Shown here: in pieces, positions 18,871-28,326 of the stretch
Layout: each line of letters starts with the position of its first letter
Numbering within the stretch: the stretch's first letter is position 1
DNA from: Akkermansiaceae bacterium
GTDB lineage: Bacteria > Verrucomicrobiota > Verrucomicrobiia > Verrucomicrobiales > Akkermansiaceae
Direction: 5' to 3'
NCBI GenBank assembly: GCA_051251915.1
Contig: JBPOGF010000001.1
Coordinates: forward strand, 160,001 to 224,000
Length of the DNA stretch: 64,000 bases
Position numbers and translations under genes: made by a program
The notes under the pieces: generated by a model
What the model was told of the DNA's origin: nothing
The model's input: only the letters and a program-made list of their open reading frames with translations
Database searches by the model: none

Positions 18871-19266
18871 ATGGACAACGTTCTCATCGTAGATGGCCAC
18901 AGTGCTATATTTTCGACTCCGGATTTGGCTGAGAGCCATATGCGGGATGGGCGGAGGGCTCGGGGTGAGTTGGTCCGTGAGTTGACTCATTTTCAGGATG
19001 TTTCAGATTATCATGTTGTGGTGGTGTTTGATGGGAAAGGGGATCGGCTAGATAGTGAGCTGCGGCAGGAGCAAGATATCCTCGTGATGTATAGTCGGGT
19101 GAATCAGACGGCGGATGCGGTGATAGAGCGTATAGTGGCTCAACATGCGGAGAAATTTAATGTATCGGTTGCTTCGAACGATCGCTTTGTGCTTGATACT
19201 ATTTCAGTGTTTGGTGCCTTTCCTATGAGCATCCGCAGGATGTGGGAACTTATTGATGCTGGGTGA
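18871..19266 (+). CDS. NYN/YacP-like RNase domain protein
   Basis: LIVDGH, VVFDG, TADAVIER, VASND. Confidence 0.88.
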   Translation: MDNVLIVDGHSAIFSTPDLAESHMRDGRRARGELVRELTHFQDVSDYHVVVVFDGKGDRLDSELRQEQDILVMYSRVNQTADAVIERIVAQHAEKFNVSVASNDRFVLDTISVFGAFPMSIRRMWELIDAG

Positions 19267-19358
19267 AATGGGTGAGGCTGTGCATATTTAGTCTTCAGAA
19301 GATCTTGATTTGCGTTGATATGGATACAATTGGTGTGCTACAAACTAGCTAATAAATT

Positions 19359-19907
19359 ATGACTGATAAACAAATACTAAACCAGATCCGTGAGAGTGAG
19401 CATTTTAGAGTTCTTTGTGAGGCATTTAAGCGTATGACTGAATTGGATTTATGGCTAGATTCACTTGATGAGGATGATCCAAGGTCAATGGATGAGCTTT
19501 CAAGTGATTACTATTCTATTCTGACGAAAAAGTTAGGCTTGAAGGATCAGTTAGACGTATCACACCAGACGATGCGTGAGGCTACTAGTGGTAAGCATGT
19601 CAAATACGCGGAAGGGATATCTGGATTGATTCATTTCTTAGTTCCTGTTCATAATGGAGAGCAAGAGATAGGTTTCTTGCGTTGTGGAGGGATGAGAGAC
19701 ACTTACCGAGGAGTCTTGAAGTTTATGAATTTCTCACAGGAGCTGAAAGATCAGGATCATGATGCTGATAAAATAGCTGAACTGGAGCTCGCTTTCAAAA
19801 AGATACCAAATATCCACGGTGAAGATCTCGCTGAAGCCACTGCTTGGCTTGCAGATAGGGCGAAGGAAATAGATAAGGAAATCACTGAGATTAAGTCCGC
19901 GAGCTAG
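19359..19907 (+). CDS. Stand-alone PocR-like sensory domain protein
   Basis: F..LCEAFKRMTELDL, GLIHFLVPVHNGEQEIGFLRCG; aligns by eye with the N-domain of 34763..35716. Confidence 0.7.
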   Translation: MTDKQILNQIRESEHFRVLCEAFKRMTELDLWLDSLDEDDPRSMDELSSDYYSILTKKLGLKDQLDVSHQTMREATSGKHVKYAEGISGLIHFLVPVHNGEQEIGFLRCGGMRDTYRGVLKFMNFSQELKDQDHDADKIAELELAFKKIPNIHGEDLAEATAWLADRAKEIDKEITEIKSAS

Positions 19908-19909
19908 AA

Positions 19910-19945
19910 CCGCGTATTATAAGGTAGTAATAGCAAAATATGCGG
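19910..19945. promoter_or_regulatory. 36-bp inverted-repeat site upstream of pckA
   Basis: CCGCGTATT-N18-AATATGCGG; same length and similar arms as 23141..23176. Confidence 0.55.
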
Positions 19946-20050
19946 AGTCTTTTTGTAGTTTAGGAGTAGAACGTAGAGGTAAGGTTTAGTTGGAGAATTT
20001 CTCCACTAAGTGACCTTACTATAATCTAACAGAAACTGCAAAAAGACATC

Positions 20051-21631
20051 ATGAATACATACTATAATCTTAATCCTCGTCAGCTTCATAAAAATGCCTC
20101 ACCTGCGGATCTCTATAAATTAGCGATTCTTACTGAGGAAGATACTGAACTCTCAAATAAGGGAGCATTGATCGCCTACTCTGGTGATAAAACAGGCCGT
20201 TCACCTAAAGATAAGCGGGTGGTGAAGGCTTCTGAAAGTGAGGGGAATGTTTGGTGGGGAGAAGTCAATATTCCTATGGATGCTGCGCAGTTTGAAATTA
20301 ACAAAGAGCGTGCGTTGGATTACTTAGGGATTCAGGATACGCTGTATGTGTTGGATGCTTTTGCGGGGTGGGATACGAAGCATCGTCTGAAGGTGCGGGT
20401 GATTTGTTCACGTCCTTACCATGCGTTGTTCATGCATAATATGCTTATCAGGCCAACGGATGCTGAGCTTGCTGAATTTGGTGAGCCAGATTTCACGATT
20501 TTGAATGCGGGTAAATTCCCTGCGAATGGGCATACTGAGGGGATGAGTTCTAAGACATCAATTGATCTCAATATAGAGGCGAGAGAGATGGTTATTCTTG
20601 GAACTGAGTATGCGGGGGAGATGAAGAAAGGTGTCTTCACGATGATGAATTATTTGATGCCTAAATCTGGTAATTTGCCAATGCATTGTGGAGCTACCGC
20701 GGCGAAAGATACTGAGGATTCTATGGTGTTATTTGGGCTTTCAGGCACTGGTAAAACGACGCTTTCCGCTGATCCTAACAGAAGGTTGATAGGTGATGAT
20801 GAGCATGTATGGACTGATGACGGGATATTTAATATTGAGGGTGGTTGTTATGCGAAGGCGATAGACCTTACTGAGGAATCTGAGCCGGAGATTTTCAATG
20901 CTCTGCATTTTGGTGCAGTTTTGGAAAATGTGACGATAGATGATCATAATGAAGTGAAATTTGAGGATACTAGTATTACTCAGAACACACGCGGGGCGTA
21001 TCCGATTGAGTTTATTTCTAATGCGAAGATTCCGTGTGTGGCTGGACAGCCTACTGATGTGGTTTTCCTAACCTGTGATGCGTTTGGGGTGTTGCCGCCA
21101 GTGGCGAAACTAACTCCTGAGCAGGCTGCATATCACTTTATTTCAGGATACACGGCGAAAGTGGCTGGGACGGAGGAGGGTGTATCTGAGCCTTCAGCTA
21201 CGTTTTCTGCTTGTTTCGGTGCACCATTCATGGTGTGGCATCCAGGTAAATATGCGGAGCTTCTTAGTAAGAGGATTGCTGAGAATAATGTGAATGTCTG
21301 GTTGGTGAATACTGGCTGGACTGGCGGGAAATATGGTGTTGGATCACGTATTAAACTTAAGTATTCACGGGCGATCATTAGTGCGATTGCTGAGGGAAGC
21401 TTAAATAATGCGAAGACTGAGAGTAATCCTTATTTTGGATTTGAAACGGTGCTGGAGTGCGCTGGTGTACCGTCTGAGGTGTTAGACCCTAGCACTTCAT
21501 GGCAAGATCCTGAGGAGTATGGCAAGACAGCGGCTCATCTTGCTGAGCTATTTACTGAGAACTTCAAGAGTTTTGAGGATGGTGTGGCTCCTGAGATCGT
21601 GGATGCGGGACCTACTCAGGCTAAAAGCTAA
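20051..21631 (+). CDS. pckA: Phosphoenolpyruvate carboxykinase (ATP)
   Basis: GRSPKDK, YAGEMKK, GLSGTGKTTLS, IGDDEH, EGGCYAK, ISGYTAK, NTGW. Confidence 0.98.
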   Translation: MNTYYNLNPRQLHKNASPADLYKLAILTEEDTELSNKGALIAYSGDKTGRSPKDKRVVKASESEGNVWWGEVNIPMDAAQFEINKERALDYLGIQDTLYVLDAFAGWDTKHRLKVRVICSRPYHALFMHNMLIRPTDAELAEFGEPDFTILNAGKFPANGHTEGMSSKTSIDLNIEAREMVILGTEYAGEMKKGVFTMMNYLMPKSGNLPMHCGATAAKDTEDSMVLFGLSGTGKTTLSADPNRRLIGDDEHVWTDDGIFNIEGGCYAKAIDLTEESEPEIFNALHFGAVLENVTIDDHNEVKFEDTSITQNTRGAYPIEFISNAKIPCVAGQPTDVVFLTCDAFGVLPPVAKLTPEQAAYHFISGYTAKVAGTEEGVSEPSATFSACFGAPFMVWHPGKYAELLSKRIAENNVNVWLVNTGWTGGKYGVGSRIKLKYSRAIISAIAEGSLNNAKTESNPYFGFETVLECAGVPSEVLDPSTSWQDPEEYGKTAAHLAELFTENFKSFEDGVAPEIVDAGPTQAKS

Positions 21632-21646
21632 TCGATTGGTAACGCT

Positions 21647-23119
21647 ATGCCTTTAAACCGATTAACACGCCTGGGTGGCGCAGAGACACGAGCAAACGCG
21701 CTTCGCTGGATGAGGGTGCATACCTTTAGTCCACTCCGGAGTAGTATCAAGTGGGTTCTCTGTGTGATCTTGGCGTGGTTAGCTGGCAATATACCCATGA
21801 TCGCAGATGCGCGGGCTTCTGGTGCGCTGAGTGCTGAGGGCGCCTGGATGTTTCGTATTTTAGTGTTAGCGGCTGGTCTGTGGTTAACGGAGGCGATTCC
21901 TGCTTATGCAACAGCGATGCTGATCATGGGGCTGGAGTTGCTTTTTCTCTCCACAGCTACGGGATCATCTGAGCTTTGGGAGTGGTCGGAGATTTTGGAG
22001 GTTTGGGGGTCTCCGTTGATTTGGTTATTTTTTGGAGGTTTTTTAATAGCTGAGGCATTTCGGGAAGCTGGCTTGGATCGGATAGTGGCGAAGTCTATCT
22101 TGGCTCGGACTGGGAAGGGGGCGTGCTCGATGACAGTGGGGTTGATGTTGGTGACGTATGTTTTGAGTATGTTTATGAGTAATACTGCAACGATTACGGT
22201 GGTGATAGCGATTATTTCTCCGTTACTCCGTCAGGTTCCTAGAGATAACTTAAGTGCTAGAGGTATGCTTTTAGGCTTAGCTTTGGCAGCTAGTCTTGGC
22301 GGAATGGCTACGATTGTGGGAACGCCTCCGAATGCTATAGCTGTGGCAAATTTGGCTGAGAATGGAATTACGATTAATTTCTTACAGTGGATGAAAATAG
22401 CAGGCCCGCCGTCTCTGCTCCTTTTGATGTTGTGCTTTGGTTATATTTGGCTGGCGTATTTTAAGAGGGATAAAGAAGCGGTAGTCTTTGATCTTGGGGG
22501 GCTGAGTGAGCCTTCTTCAAAAGCTGGTAAGGGAGGGGGAATTCAGTGGAAGCTGGTTTTTGTGGTGATCATAACTTTGGGGACGATAGGGATGTGGATG
22601 ACACAGTCATTTCATCATATTCACCCTACGGTGGTGGTATTTTTCGCGATTACTTTGCTGACTTTGACAGGGGTGCTCACTTCTGTCTCGCTGATGTCTG
22701 TTCCATGGGATGTGCTTATTTTGATGGCGGGTGGTTTGGCATTAGGGAAGGGGATATCTGTGAGTGGTTTGGCTGATTTTTTCTCTCAGCATATTCCTGA
22801 CGGGTTGTCAGCTGTGACGTTGGGGCTAGTGTTCGCGTTTGTAGCGGTGATGGCATCTAATTTCATGAGTAATACGGCTGCTGCTAACGCGATTATTCCG
22901 CTGATTTTTTCGGCGGTGGCAGTGAGTGATTCGATGCTGGTGGTGATACCGGCTACTTTGGCGTGTTCTTGTGCTACTTTATTACCGGTTTCTACACCTC
23001 CTAATGCGATTTGCTATGCTACGGGGAAGCTTAGGGCTTCAGATTTCTATAAGTTAGGGTTCGTTCTTATTGTTTTGGGGCCTGGTATTAGTTTTCTTTG
23101 GTGTCGTATTATTTTGTAA
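21647..23119 (+). CDS. DASS/SLC13 dicarboxylate or anion transporter
   Basis: WLTEAIP, MFMSNTAT, GTPPN, NFMSNTA, LPVSTPPNA. Confidence 0.92.
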   Translation: MPLNRLTRLGGAETRANALRWMRVHTFSPLRSSIKWVLCVILAWLAGNIPMIADARASGALSAEGAWMFRILVLAAGLWLTEAIPAYATAMLIMGLELLFLSTATGSSELWEWSEILEVWGSPLIWLFFGGFLIAEAFREAGLDRIVAKSILARTGKGACSMTVGLMLVTYVLSMFMSNTATITVVIAIISPLLRQVPRDNLSARGMLLGLALAASLGGMATIVGTPPNAIAVANLAENGITINFLQWMKIAGPPSLLLLMLCFGYIWLAYFKRDKEAVVFDLGGLSEPSSKAGKGGGIQWKLVFVVIITLGTIGMWMTQSFHHIHPTVVVFFAITLLTLTGVLTSVSLMSVPWDVLILMAGGLALGKGISVSGLADFFSQHIPDGLSAVTLGLVFAFVAVMASNFMSNTAAANAIIPLIFSAVAVSDSMLVVIPATLACSCATLLPVSTPPNAICYATGKLRASDFYKLGFVLIVLGPGISFLWCRIIL

Positions 23120-23140
23120 AACAGAATTGGCCATCTGAAT

Positions 23141-23176
23141 CCGCATATATTTCCAATTTGAAAACAATATATGCTG
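23141..23176. promoter_or_regulatory. 36-bp inverted-repeat site upstream of the cco operon
   Basis: Perfect GCATATATT-N14-AATATATGC inside CCGC...GCTG. Confidence 0.6.
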
Positions 23177-23237
23177 TGAATTTTTTTGAGCGGTATGGCA
23201 GATTCTTTCGCGTTGGAACATAACCAACTCATTATTT

Positions 23238-23426
23238 ATGCCTGTTCTTCATCTCACCATCTTTATTTCGATCATTATGACGATCGCTTTTATCGTGTGC
23301 TATGTGATGGAAGCATGGCGAAACAAGAATCAAGGAGTTGAGCAGACATCACTGCTGCCCCTAGCGGATGACGCTGAGGTGAGTGTGAAGGAGCCGGTTA
23401 CAGAGGACAAAAAATCACAACTTTAG
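23238..23426 (+). CDS. ccoS: cbb3 oxidase assembly protein CcoS-like
   Basis: M.VL.L.I.IS hydrophobic N-terminus, LLPL.DD; directly precedes ccoN. Confidence 0.75.
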   Translation: MPVLHLTIFISIIMTIAFIVCYVMEAWRNKNQGVEQTSLLPLADDAEVSVKEPVTEDKKSQL

Positions 23427-23450
23427 AACAGAAGATCATTAATAAATTTT

Positions 23451-25961
23451 ATGAATAAGACAACAATAACATACAACGACAAATGCGTTCGTTGGTTCAC
23501 CTGGGCTTCTATTATTTGGGGCGTAGTAGCCATGCTTGCGGGACTCATTGTATCGCTACAGCTAAATATAACGATGATGCCAGGTGTATCATGGATAGAG
23601 TATCTCTCTGGAGGAACAATGACTGAAGAAGGTCTTCCTTACCTTACTCTAGGTCGTCTCAGGCCGGTGCATACGAATGCGGCTATCTTTGCGTTTGTTG
23701 GAAATATGATTTTTGCGGGTGTTTACTATTCTACTCAGCGTCTCTGTAGATGTAGGGTAGCTTCTGATAAGCTCACGTGGTGGCATTTCTGGTCATGGCA
23801 GCTGGTTATTGTGTCAGCGGCTATTACGCTACCAATTGGTCTCACTCAGAGTAAGGAATATGCTGAGCTTATTTGGCCTATTGATCTGTTAGTTGTTTTT
23901 TCATGGGTGGTTTTTGCGATTAACTTTTTCTGGACGTTGATCAAGCGTAACGAGCAGCACCTTTATGTGGCTATTTGGTTTTACATCGCGACTATTATCA
24001 CGATTGCGATGCTTTATATCGTTAACAACCTTCAGATCCCTACTTCATGGACGCATTCATACCCGATCTTTGGTGGTGTTCAGGATGCACTAGTGCAGTG
24101 GTGGTATGGGCACAATGCGGTGGCATTCTTCTTAACGACTCCGATATTGGGAATCATGTATTACTTCGTTCCTAAGGCGGTGAATCGGCCGGTGTATTCT
24201 TACCGACTATCAATCGTTCATTTCTGGTCGTTGGTATTCATTTATATCTGGACGGGTCCTCACCACCTTCTAAATACAGCACTTCCAAACTGGCTACAGG
24301 GGTTAGGTATGGCATTCTCAGTGATGCTTTGGGCTCCATCATGGGCTGGAATGTTGAATGGTCTGCTTACGCTTAAAAGTGCATGGGGTACTGTGCAGAA
24401 AGAGCCTGTAGTGAAGTTTTTCGCAGCAGCTCTGACATTCTACGGTATGGCCACTTTTGAGGGGCCATTGCTAGCGATCAAATCCGTTAATGCGTTGTCT
24501 CACTATACTGACTGGACTATTGGTCATGTGCATAGTGGCACGCTCGGTTGGAACGGGTTCATGGCGGCTGGTATGTTCTACTGGTTAGTTCCTAGACTTT
24601 GGAAAACTGAGCTTTACTCAAAGGCTTTAGCGAACTTCCATTTCTGGATTGGTTTTGTGGGTGTGTTGCTTTATGTTTCATCACTCTGGGTATCTGGAAT
24701 TACTCAGGGTCTGATGCTAAGTGATAGCACAGATGGTGCTGCTACCTATAAATTCCTGGAGACACTTGAGGCTATCCAGTTTCCGCTTCTTGCGAGATCC
24801 TTCGGGGGGACGCTTTACTTAGTGGGATTCCTCTTCTTGGTTTATAATCTCTTTATGACATGCCGCAGTGGCAAGCCTACTGACGTGAGCGTGGAAGTGA
24901 CACTTAGGGACAGAAATAACCCTGATAAAGCAACTGTTGGGGATGTTCTTATGCGTGATCCATTTGCTGCCGCTCTTGGTGGTGTGGTAAGTTTAGTCTG
25001 GTGGGTAACTCATCCTACGCAGGTATTATCTCTCATCTGTTTATTGTTCTTCATTGTTCTTGGGTTCATAAGATTTAAGAGAAACCAGCAGAGCTGGACT
25101 GAGTGGCATGATGCTCTCACTAGAAACTATCTACCGTTCACTGTCTTGGCGTTCTTTGCGGCAGCAGTGGGTGGGGCGATTCAGATCATTCCGAATGCGA
25201 TGTCTGCTAAGCCTGATATCATTGATGACCGCTTGCAGGTAGTTTATACTCCACTTGAACTAGCTGGACGTGACATTTATGTGGCTGAGGGTTGTTATAA
25301 CTGTCACTCACAAATGATCCGCATGCTGGACTCTGATGTGATCCAGTTTGGAGATTACTCAAGAATGGGTGAGTCTATCTATGATTATCCACATCAGTGG
25401 GGATCTAAGCGAACTGGTCCTGATCTTGCACGTGAGGGTGGCCCATTAGTGGAGGGTTCTGAGAAAATGCGAATTGGAGCTAAAGATAACGTTTGGCATT
25501 ACATCCACCTCATGGATCCGCGTGAGAAGGAGAAGAAGTCTAACATGCCTTCCTACTCATCTCTTGTAAGTAAACAAACTGACATTAAAGCACTACCTAG
25601 CAAGATCAGAGTTCAGGCTCTCCTTGGGGTGCCTTGGCCAGTGATGAACAAGCATGAGATAGAGCAAGATGCGATCGAGCAAGGGTTAGAAATCTCTAAA
25701 ACGCTTGTTGGAGCTAACGTTAACATCCCTTGGGTGACTGAAGGTATGAGTCGACAAAAGATTGAAGCGAAGTTGGCTGAGACTGAGATCGTGGCACTTA
25801 TTGCCTATCTACAGAAGATCGGAGTTTACGAAGTTCCTGATAAGGAAAACGTGAAGGAAGGTAGCTGGACTTCACCAGATGATGTGCGTGATCTGAAGAA
25901 GCTTAATGAAATGATCGATGCAGGAATAGTTCCTGAAGCCGAAACAGAAGAAACACCTTAA
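23451..25961 (+). CDS. ccoN: Fused cbb3 cytochrome c oxidase subunits I and II (CcoN-CcoO)
   Basis: RLRPVHTN, WWYGHNAV, GPHH, TIGHVH; then YTPLELAGRDIY..EGCYNCHSQMIR, WGSKRTGPDL. Confidence 0.97.
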   Translation: MNKTTITYNDKCVRWFTWASIIWGVVAMLAGLIVSLQLNITMMPGVSWIEYLSGGTMTEEGLPYLTLGRLRPVHTNAAIFAFVGNMIFAGVYYSTQRLCRCRVASDKLTWWHFWSWQLVIVSAAITLPIGLTQSKEYAELIWPIDLLVVFSWVVFAINFFWTLIKRNEQHLYVAIWFYIATIITIAMLYIVNNLQIPTSWTHSYPIFGGVQDALVQWWYGHNAVAFFLTTPILGIMYYFVPKAVNRPVYSYRLSIVHFWSLVFIYIWTGPHHLLNTALPNWLQGLGMAFSVMLWAPSWAGMLNGLLTLKSAWGTVQKEPVVKFFAAALTFYGMATFEGPLLAIKSVNALSHYTDWTIGHVHSGTLGWNGFMAAGMFYWLVPRLWKTELYSKALANFHFWIGFVGVLLYVSSLWVSGITQGLMLSDSTDGAATYKFLETLEAIQFPLLARSFGGTLYLVGFLFLVYNLFMTCRSGKPTDVSVEVTLRDRNNPDKATVGDVLMRDPFAAALGGVVSLVWWVTHPTQVLSLICLLFFIVLGFIRFKRNQQSWTEWHDALTRNYLPFTVLAFFAAAVGGAIQIIPNAMSAKPDIIDDRLQVVYTPLELAGRDIYVAEGCYNCHSQMIRMLDSDVIQFGDYSRMGESIYDYPHQWGSKRTGPDLAREGGPLVEGSEKMRIGAKDNVWHYIHLMDPREKEKKSNMPSYSSLVSKQTDIKALPSKIRVQALLGVPWPVMNKHEIEQDAIEQGLEISKTLVGANVNIPWVTEGMSRQKIEAKLAETEIVALIAYLQKIGVYEVPDKENVKEGSWTSPDDVRDLKKLNEMIDAGIVPEAETEETP

Positions 25962-25975
25962 ATAGAAAAATCATT

Positions 25976-26146
25976 ATGAAAATAGTAAAGCAATTTGCCT
26001 TAGAGAATGGAGATTCTATCTCAGCCATAGGATTCTTCGTTCTGGTGGCACTCATCTTTATCCTCATCGTGGTTCATTCCATTAAGATGAAGAGGACAAC
26101 GACTGATGAGCTCGCGAACTTAGCACTTAAAAACGATACTGAATAA
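25976..26146 (+). CDS. ccoQ: cbb3 subunit CcoQ (56 aa, absent from the ORF track)
   Basis: MKIVKQFALENGDSISAIGFFVLVALIFILIVVHSIKMKRTTTDELANLALKNDTE; single TM; lies between ccoO and ccoP. Confidence 0.8.
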   Translation: MKIVKQFALENGDSISAIGFFVLVALIFILIVVHSIKMKRTTTDELANLALKNDTE

Positions 26147-26151
26147 AGATT

Positions 26152-26793
26152 ATGGAGCAGAAAAAGAATGAAACTGACGAAGTTTTCGGGAACAAAGTAG
26201 TAAAAGGAGGATCACCTATTAAAAGGGGAGAGATTGTCCTGCGTGAAGACTCCTTTGACGGAATTCAAGAATACGATCAACGTATGCCTAACTGGTGGCT
26301 CATCCTCTGGTGGTCAGCGATTGTCTTCTTCTTTGTATACTACATCGTTTACTATACAATGGGTGCAGTGCCAACCACTACGGAAACAATGGATGCACGC
26401 GTGGAGGCGATTCATCAATTAAGAAAAGATGCTTTGCAAAAGACACTTGATTCAATGGATGACGATGTCTTAGTCAACAAGCTAAGTATGGATGCTGAGT
26501 TTGTAGCGGCTGGAAAAGACGTTTATATGAGTAGCTGTGTGGCTTGTCATGGTGCTGACATGAAGTCTAATGGGGGAGCGACTGCGCGTCCTCTTGATGA
26601 TGGAATCTGGCATTATGGAGATAAGCCGATGGATATTTTCACATTGATTCTCAAAGGGACACCAGCTGAGAGCAAGGGATATAATATGATGCGTATGCCT
26701 CCATGGGAATCACTAGGACCAGATAAAGTGGCCCAAGTAACAGCCTATCTTATCAGCCAAAACCAGAAAGACTTCGAGAAATACAAAAAATAG
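26152..26793 (+). CDS. ccoP: cbb3 subunit III CcoP (monoheme)
   Basis: DGIQEYDQRMPNWW; one CVACH; MPPW. Confidence 0.93.
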   Translation: MEQKKNETDEVFGNKVVKGGSPIKRGEIVLREDSFDGIQEYDQRMPNWWLILWWSAIVFFFVYYIVYYTMGAVPTTTETMDARVEAIHQLRKDALQKTLDSMDDDVLVNKLSMDAEFVAAGKDVYMSSCVACHGADMKSNGGATARPLDDGIWHYGDKPMDIFTLILKGTPAESKGYNMMRMPPWESLGPDKVAQVTAYLISQNQKDFEKYKK

Positions 26794-26799
26794 CATTTC

Positions 26800-28227
26800 A
26801 TGAGCGATAAAAGTAAATCACCAAGCTTAGAGTCTGTATCCACTATAAATGACGATGGGTCTAAGGCCATCATCCATCCTGCAGATGTTAGTGGGAAGTT
26901 TACTACTCTGAGGCGGATCACGGCGGTGATTTTGCTGGTGGTTTATGCTGTTTTACCATGGATAGAGATTAATGGATCTCCGGCTGTATTTCTCAATATT
27001 GCAGAACGGAGGTTCCATTTGTTTGGGATCACATTGTTTGCGAATGATCTATGGGTGTTGTTCTTTTTGATCTCAGGGATGGCGTTTTCGCTGTTTGTTT
27101 TAAGTTCTGTGGTGGGAAGAGTTTGGTGTGGGTGGTATTGTCCTTATACGGTGTTTCTAGATCATGTATACCGCAGGGTGGAACGTTGGATTGAAGGAGA
27201 TGCACCGAAGCGTAAACAACTAGATAAGGCGCCATGGAGCTCTGGAAAAATAGTGAAGCGAGGTTTTAAGTGGTTTTGTTACGTGATTATATCTTTGATC
27301 TTGGCGCATATTTTCCTTTCATACTTCATCTCTATTTCTGAGCTGTGGGAGCATATGAAGACGAATCCTAAGGAGCACTTAGGTGAGTTTTACTTTGTAT
27401 TAGCCTTTACGGCTGTGTTTACTTTCACATTTGGCTGGTTCCGTGAGCAGTTCTGCATCATTATGTGTCCTTATGGCAGATTCCAGTCAGCGTTGACAGA
27501 TGATGATACGATCACTGTTACTTATGACAATGTTCGGGGTGATCCTAGAGGTAAGAAACGTAAGGGTGTGGTCGATACTAGTATTGGTGATTGTGTTGAT
27601 TGTAAGCGCTGTATCAGTGTGTGTCCTACAGGGATTGATATCCGTAATGGGATTCAGTTAGAGTGTGTGGCTTGCTCAGCTTGTATTGATGCCTGCAATG
27701 ACATTATGGTAAAGCTGGACCGGCCTAAGGGGCTGATCCGATATGATTCCAGAAATGGAGTAGACACGGGTAAACGAAAGATTTTCCGTGCGAGAACTTA
27801 CCTCTATGGAGTGTTTGTGTTGCTAGGCGCAGCTGTTTTAGGCTTTACCTTATATAAGAAAGCTCGTCCATTCCATGCTGAGGTTTCACGTTTTACGGGT
27901 GCTAGCTATATCTCGAATGAGGATGGGGTGAGGAATCTGTTTGAATTCCATATTACGAATAAACGTAAGCAGGATATGACTTTCAGTGTGAAAGGTCAGG
28001 GGGCGGCAGAAATTCAGTTTTCAGAAATGGAGCCGATCACTATTACAGAATTGGATACAAGGTCATTTACTATGGGAGTTTTCACTAATAAGGCAGATTA
28101 CGATGGTAGTAAGAACATCCAGTTTACGATTACCTCTAGTGATGGTTCTGATATGATTCTTAATGCGAAGTTCTCTGGGCCTAATAAATTCATGTATAAA
28201 CAAGAAGAAGAGGAGAATGTAGAATAA
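26800..28227 (+). CDS. ccoG: Cytochrome c oxidase accessory protein CcoG/FixG
   Basis: GRVWCGWYCP, REQFCIIMCPYGRFQS, CVDCKRCISVCPTGIDIR, ECVACSACIDAC. Confidence 0.96.
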   Translation: MSDKSKSPSLESVSTINDDGSKAIIHPADVSGKFTTLRRITAVILLVVYAVLPWIEINGSPAVFLNIAERRFHLFGITLFANDLWVLFFLISGMAFSLFVLSSVVGRVWCGWYCPYTVFLDHVYRRVERWIEGDAPKRKQLDKAPWSSGKIVKRGFKWFCYVIISLILAHIFLSYFISISELWEHMKTNPKEHLGEFYFVLAFTAVFTFTFGWFREQFCIIMCPYGRFQSALTDDDTITVTYDNVRGDPRGKKRKGVVDTSIGDCVDCKRCISVCPTGIDIRNGIQLECVACSACIDACNDIMVKLDRPKGLIRYDSRNGVDTGKRKIFRARTYLYGVFVLLGAAVLGFTLYKKARPFHAEVSRFTGASYISNEDGVRNLFEFHITNKRKQDMTFSVKGQGAAEIQFSEMEPITITELDTRSFTMGVFTNKADYDGSKNIQFTITSSDGSDMILNAKFSGPNKFMYKQEEEENVE

Positions 28228-28322
28228 TGAAGATTTTCAAGAGTATATGGTTCTGGGTGGTGCTGATGCATTTGCTCGTGGTTGCCGCATGGGTCACCGT
28301 TTACAACATCGCAAATCCTTAA
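28227..28322 (+). CDS. 31-aa single-TM peptide at the ccoH/fixH position
   Basis: TAATG overlap with the ccoG stop; MKIFKSIWFWVVLMHLLVVAAWVTVYNIANP; stop is 4 nt before the next ATG. Confidence 0.7.
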   Translation: MKIFKSIWFWVVLMHLLVVAAWVTVYNIANP

Positions 28323-28326
28323 AAAT

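Noticed and set aside
19315..19330. FNR-like box TTGATATGGATACAA
   Set aside because: Spacing and right arm deviate from TTGAT-N4-ATCAA; it may simply be a -35 element
28282..28326. ORF-track N-terminal extension of the DsbD_2/TauE-like gene
   Set aside because: It overlaps the coupled 31-aa ORF; ATG 28327 fits better
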